Source of the DNA: Candidatus Nanohaloarchaea archaeon
Lineage (GTDB): Archaea > EX4484-52 > GLR71
Assembly: GCA_030594675.1 (NCBI GenBank)
Contig: JAUVES010000002.1
Coordinates: 1 to 34,645 of the forward strand
Direction of reading: 5' to 3'
Length of the DNA stretch: 34,645 bases
Below, in pieces: positions 32,501 to 34,645 of the stretch. How positions within the stretch are numbered: the stretch's first letter is position 1; each line of letters opens with the position of its first letter. The translations under genes were made by a program, and so were the position numbers. The notes under the pieces were generated by a model. It was not told the DNA's origin, did not search any database, and worked only from the letters and a program-made list of their open reading frames with translations.

Positions 32501-32729
32501 AATTATTCGCTGCAACTACTGTGTTCTTTAAATTAACATTAGAAATTTCAACAATTGAATTAGCGCAATAAGTAATCCCTTTCTCGCCTGTTGCCGACTC
32601 TGTCGCAGCATCAGTGGTCGCCTTTGTGTAATCAAACATCCATGAAACAATCAAAGTGCTTATAGCCACAGTAAAAACAATAAGAAGAACAACAGTTATA
32701 AGAGCCGATATTCCTTTCTTTGGCGCCAT
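29559..32729 (-). CDS. Pilin-adhesin fusion: class III signal peptide/pilin N-terminus + LamG + two DUF2341/ConA-like cassettes + LamG + pilin C-terminal domain (1,056 aa)
   Basis: I moved the start to ATG 32729, giving MAPKKG|ISALITVVLLIVFTVAISTLIVSWMFDYTK, nearly the same helix as the pilin at 24234-24704. LamG 1: LAGWWHFDGNALDSSGNGNTG...FNAALQFDGDDYVAV...ITLSAWVSP. DUF2341 x2: WTKRKAIIVNTTTDLTDYQ...YMYYGKSGAGTESNGTATFDFYD and YLTDYQIKI...DTRFTWLN...YMYYGNAGAGTDSNGTETFEFFDDFEDG, each followed by a ConA-like region ending in RKY(T/A)xxEPT. C-terminal LamG: WNHIALTYN...MKLYVNSV...FTGTIDEVRVYNTALSQAEI. The last ~75 aa align to the small-pilin C-terminal domain. Confidence 0.85.
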   Translation of the reverse strand: MAPKKGISALITVVLLIVFTVAISTLIVSWMFDYTKATTDAATESATGEKGITYCANSIVEISNVNLKNTVVAANNSVVSGTVNYFNLTSIAGTPTITFTGRSSSSGINGLAGWWHFDGNALDSSGNGNTGTVTGAAYNASGKFNAALQFDGDDYVAVADDAALDMTDAITLSAWVSPSSGGVYSEWAYKTPIYIQDARDAWWNSSWTKRKAIIVNTTTDLTDYQFNYTVSWVSGMNDTFKDLRFTYFNDTTGTQTELPYWVEQNFSQDNASVWVKANLTTGNNTVYMYYGKSGAGTESNGTATFDFYDSADDFADWSRDDEVDYKTLGFTIGNSDSYVLSTLFEDFGSGYGQFTYHGAHDFGIMADTTPNVYSMIGQDYGGGHNPGGIQYGLNSDYIDMTNTGAPLTNVLYKYTIMKNASEWNYKTINLFDRSIFFEGSKSGNLGDVSYIGWNGISGRMEIRENTTGTFGNCMRFKVKYSSSSNVVDVCYYDVFVRKYTTTEPTVLETSAEDTYLTDYQIKIDSINTSELYDFGKIQKYCNDTRFTWLNQTTGVEEAIDFWTENCSTTSGNSTFWVEVPEIYAGAADNTVYMYYGNAGAGTDSNGTETFEFFDDFEDGDYTINPAWTTILNSHGGTVDIVDNAPQVKAMHLYRTDGTYGIGKKTASSGTYSGWHARLKCSNGGDNNGIFFEFIMNGDTRKFRLKVASGGVVLSGPSGQIGSIYAQATGSWHTYDITRTSDGFFTVYIDGISRITGTDTDATACTQIGIYSDSWAGVRDDYADDVRIRKYASTEPTILSIGAEIANGISKGNAYAINANATHAVARINNQTITATISAGWNHIALTYNRSAGGTDEMKLYVNSVESVTADYSTAINTNDDAFVVGNSFTGTIDEVRVYNTALSQAEIANTYNTADLDADTTNPRVSFNGNPTVNYSGTLSNGATATITVDAGNFTVGENTITIYIDSGAVDYSVKMLLLSALVSNTGMNNVTVKQVVAFKKDGTYCVLKNDSTTFDVGGMFAVSGCGMGCLEFLALKAYTDCTGVSAEFTGSPSGC

Positions 32730-32770
32730 ATATCCAATAAGGTTAACTGCGTATATATAATTACAGGGAT

Positions 32771-33865
32771 TCAATCAAACAGGTCTTCAAAATACTCATA
32801 ACCTAATACATATATATCGCTTCCGGACTGCATTTCAACAGGAAGGGACGGGACATGTATGAATGATGCAATACCCAAATCATTATCTGTATTGTTTTTT
32901 CCTTCAAGCCTGCTTAAAAATGACGGTGCATCCCTTTTATTGAAATAGCACGAAGCATTTGGCTGATTTGTAATGTTTGTAAGCCAGACTGTTTCATTGT
33001 CAATAACCATAATAGAATTGTTGAGAATTATGTTTTTTGCATTAGTTACATTAAACACATATGGGGGTGCTACAGGTGCGCTGTTTTGTTCCGCCACAAT
33101 TCCGGCAAAGCCATTAAAATTTGATTTTCCGACAATTGTTCCTGTAACAAGCACTTTATCTGCTTTGCCGGTCACATTTAAAAGATCATTTTCGTCACTT
33201 ATGTATGCGAACCCATAGACCCAATCGCCGCTGTTTGCACTGCCTGTAATTTTTTCGCATTCAATGAAATTCTGCTTTGCATACCCGTAGCTTTTTACGG
33301 TTATAAATGGGTCCTCAAGATTTTTAACAGATACTATGTTTGAGTAGGTTGTGTTTCTTTTGTATGCGACCTCAATTATTTCATCCTGCGCTCTTATGTG
33401 TGCGTTGGTTGAAACGCGTATTGTATATGGCGACTCCATTGAAACGGTTGTGTTTGGAACAAGGATTGTTGTTTTAAGCCCTCTTTTTTTAGCCAATGTT
33501 TCTAAGGTTTGCATCCAATCAGATATCGTGTTGTTTTCCATAAGTGTGAGGTTCTCATTGCCGTTGTTTACGGTGCCGTTAATAATGGCTTCTTTTACAG
33601 ACTCATTTGCAACATTGACAAACTTGCCGTTTGAAATCTCCCAATTAATCAAAGCCAATAATGCGCGCCTGCCGGATATCTCTCCGCTTCTTTCAATATC
33701 TTTTTCAATACCTACAACAAGATAATGCACTTCATCGGCACGAATCTTTTCAATAATCTTTGTTGTATGTGTGCTTGTCTTATCCATGTTTAATGCCAAA
33801 ACAAGAAAAATAGAAGACACTACAACAATAGTAAACATGGTATATACAAACCCTTTTTTCATCAT
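32771..33865 (-). CDS. Hypothetical secreted/membrane-anchored protein with pilin-like N-terminus (364 aa)
   Basis: I moved the start to ATG 33865, giving MMKKG|FVYTMFTIVVVSSIFLVLAL, with GGTG upstream and an ATGA overlap with the upstream stop. The rest is N/T/V-rich with many sequons. The function is not recognisable. Confidence 0.6.
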   Translation of the reverse strand: MMKKGFVYTMFTIVVVSSIFLVLALNMDKTSTHTTKIIEKIRADEVHYLVVGIEKDIERSGEISGRRALLALINWEISNGKFVNVANESVKEAIINGTVNNGNENLTLMENNTISDWMQTLETLAKKRGLKTTILVPNTTVSMESPYTIRVSTNAHIRAQDEIIEVAYKRNTTYSNIVSVKNLEDPFITVKSYGYAKQNFIECEKITGSANSGDWVYGFAYISDENDLLNVTGKADKVLVTGTIVGKSNFNGFAGIVAEQNSAPVAPPYVFNVTNAKNIILNNSIMVIDNETVWLTNITNQPNASCYFNKRDAPSFLSRLEGKNNTDNDLGIASFIHVPSLPVEMQSGSDIYVLGYEYFEDLFD

Positions 33866-34645
33866 GATTTCCACACCTCTAAAGTTATAAATGCGGGCCC
33901 ATACATCCATGGAATGTTTCCGGTTGTAATTGGCTTTTTTAAATAGATGCCAAGATCAAGTATGTCCGCATAAGCGGATAATGTGGCGTTAAGGCGGTCT
34001 TGAGCATCCTGATTCGCCTCGGCCTCTGTGTCAAACATGGCGCCGTAGCCTACTTGGGACGGGATAAAAATATTGTATTCTAATGATGACTGCGGCAGTA
34101 TAGAACAATTGAGTGTTGTGCATACATCAGAAATATTTATTGTGTTGTTTTCAGTTGTTGTATTGAAATATGACGGGTCTATATATATGGTTGACGGCAG
34201 CGCTCGAAGGCGAGGAGATTCAAATACTTGATTATTTGCCGCCCCGTACGGCTCAACTGTTACGGTTACATTCTCGCTGTCAATTTGTGCTATATGCAGA
34301 TTAGCGCTTGTTATCTGGTGATTATCGAAATCCTCTGTGTAGTTTTTAGGGTTTTCATCAATTCCGCCAAACGGGGTTATTGCTGTGACTTCTATATAGC
34401 CATATTGGAATTTGTTTTCAACAGACCAGTCATACTCGGTATAAACATAAGATGACGAATCTTCATCATTCTCGGGGTCTGAATAAAGCTCCACATCTGT
34501 TTCACCCCAGAAATCATTTTCGAAACTGTCAATATATACACTCAATACATTTGTTGTATCTTTATTTGCGGCCACATAATCTGTCAAATTTATATCTGCA
34601 TCATAAGTTGCACCCGGATTTGTAACATTTAAAATACTATTGTTA
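33862..34645 (-). CDS. Hypothetical protein, 5'-truncated by the window edge
   Basis: The track start at 34587 is a TTG. The frame stays open upstream to the window end (...NNSILNVTNPGATYDADINLTDYVAANKD...), so the gene probably begins outside the window. It is an acidic, sequon-rich extracellular-type sequence. Confidence 0.55.
   Translation of the reverse strand, partial: NNSILNVTNPGATYDADINLTDYVAANKDTTNVLSVYIDSFENDFWGETDVELYSDPENDEDSSSYVYTEYDWSVENKFQYGYIEVTAITPFGGIDENPKNYTEDFDNHQITSANLHIAQIDSENVTVTVEPYGAANNQVFESPRLRALPSTIYIDPSYFNTTTENNTINISDVCTTLNCSILPQSSLEYNIFIPSQVGYGAMFDTEAEANQDAQDRLNATLSAYADILDLGIYLKKPITTGNIPWMYGPAFITLEVWKS

Overview
AT-rich archaeal chromosomal window. The archaeal call rests on class III (type IV pilin-like) signal peptides on five or six proteins, two tRNA genes with introns at the canonical 37/38 position inside bulge-helix-bulge structures, TATA-like boxes and oligo-T terminators. 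All domain names come from motif recognition by eye; no HMM or database search was possible. Content, left to right: (i) 1-1236, minus strand: 5' part of a Mo/W-bis-PGD oxidoreductase and a MobA-like gene. (ii) 1295-1852: one hypothetical gene. (iii) 1901-7389, minus: a compact six-gene radical SAM cluster. It has three radical SAM enzymes (one with a full SPASM domain), two paralogous HxsD-like small proteins and a Cys-motif protein, with no visible precursor peptide. (iv) 7490-22528, minus: one uninterrupted 15,039-nt ORF for a 5,012-aa Sec-secreted mosaic protein. It contains two beta-helix modules, Ig-like modules, three LamG domains (one with a 7-blade propeller nested inside), two DUF2341 cassettes and a polyglycine-rich domain, with no recognisable anchor. 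(v) 22661-26827, minus: four small archaeal pilin paralogues and two single-domain T2SSF platform genes. (vi) 27025-27545, plus: tRNA-Gly(UCC) and tRNA-Val(GAC), both intron-containing, then a structured spacer with a duplicated tRNA-Glu 5' fragment, then tRNA-Glu(CUC). (vii) 27632-29551, plus: a long coiled-coil protein. (viii) 29559-34645, minus: a 1,056-aa protein that is a small pilin with about 900 aa of LamG/DUF2341 modules inserted, a 364-aa protein with a pilin-like N-terminus, and a 5'-truncated ORF. The most interesting signal is the combined locus of type IV filament genes, a modular pilin-adhesin and a giant secreted protein built from the same modules. This is a candidate adhesive-filament or cell-attachment system, with an orphan HxsBCD-like radical SAM cluster immediately downstream. 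No filament ATPase, prepilin peptidase, integrase or CRISPR array is present in the window.
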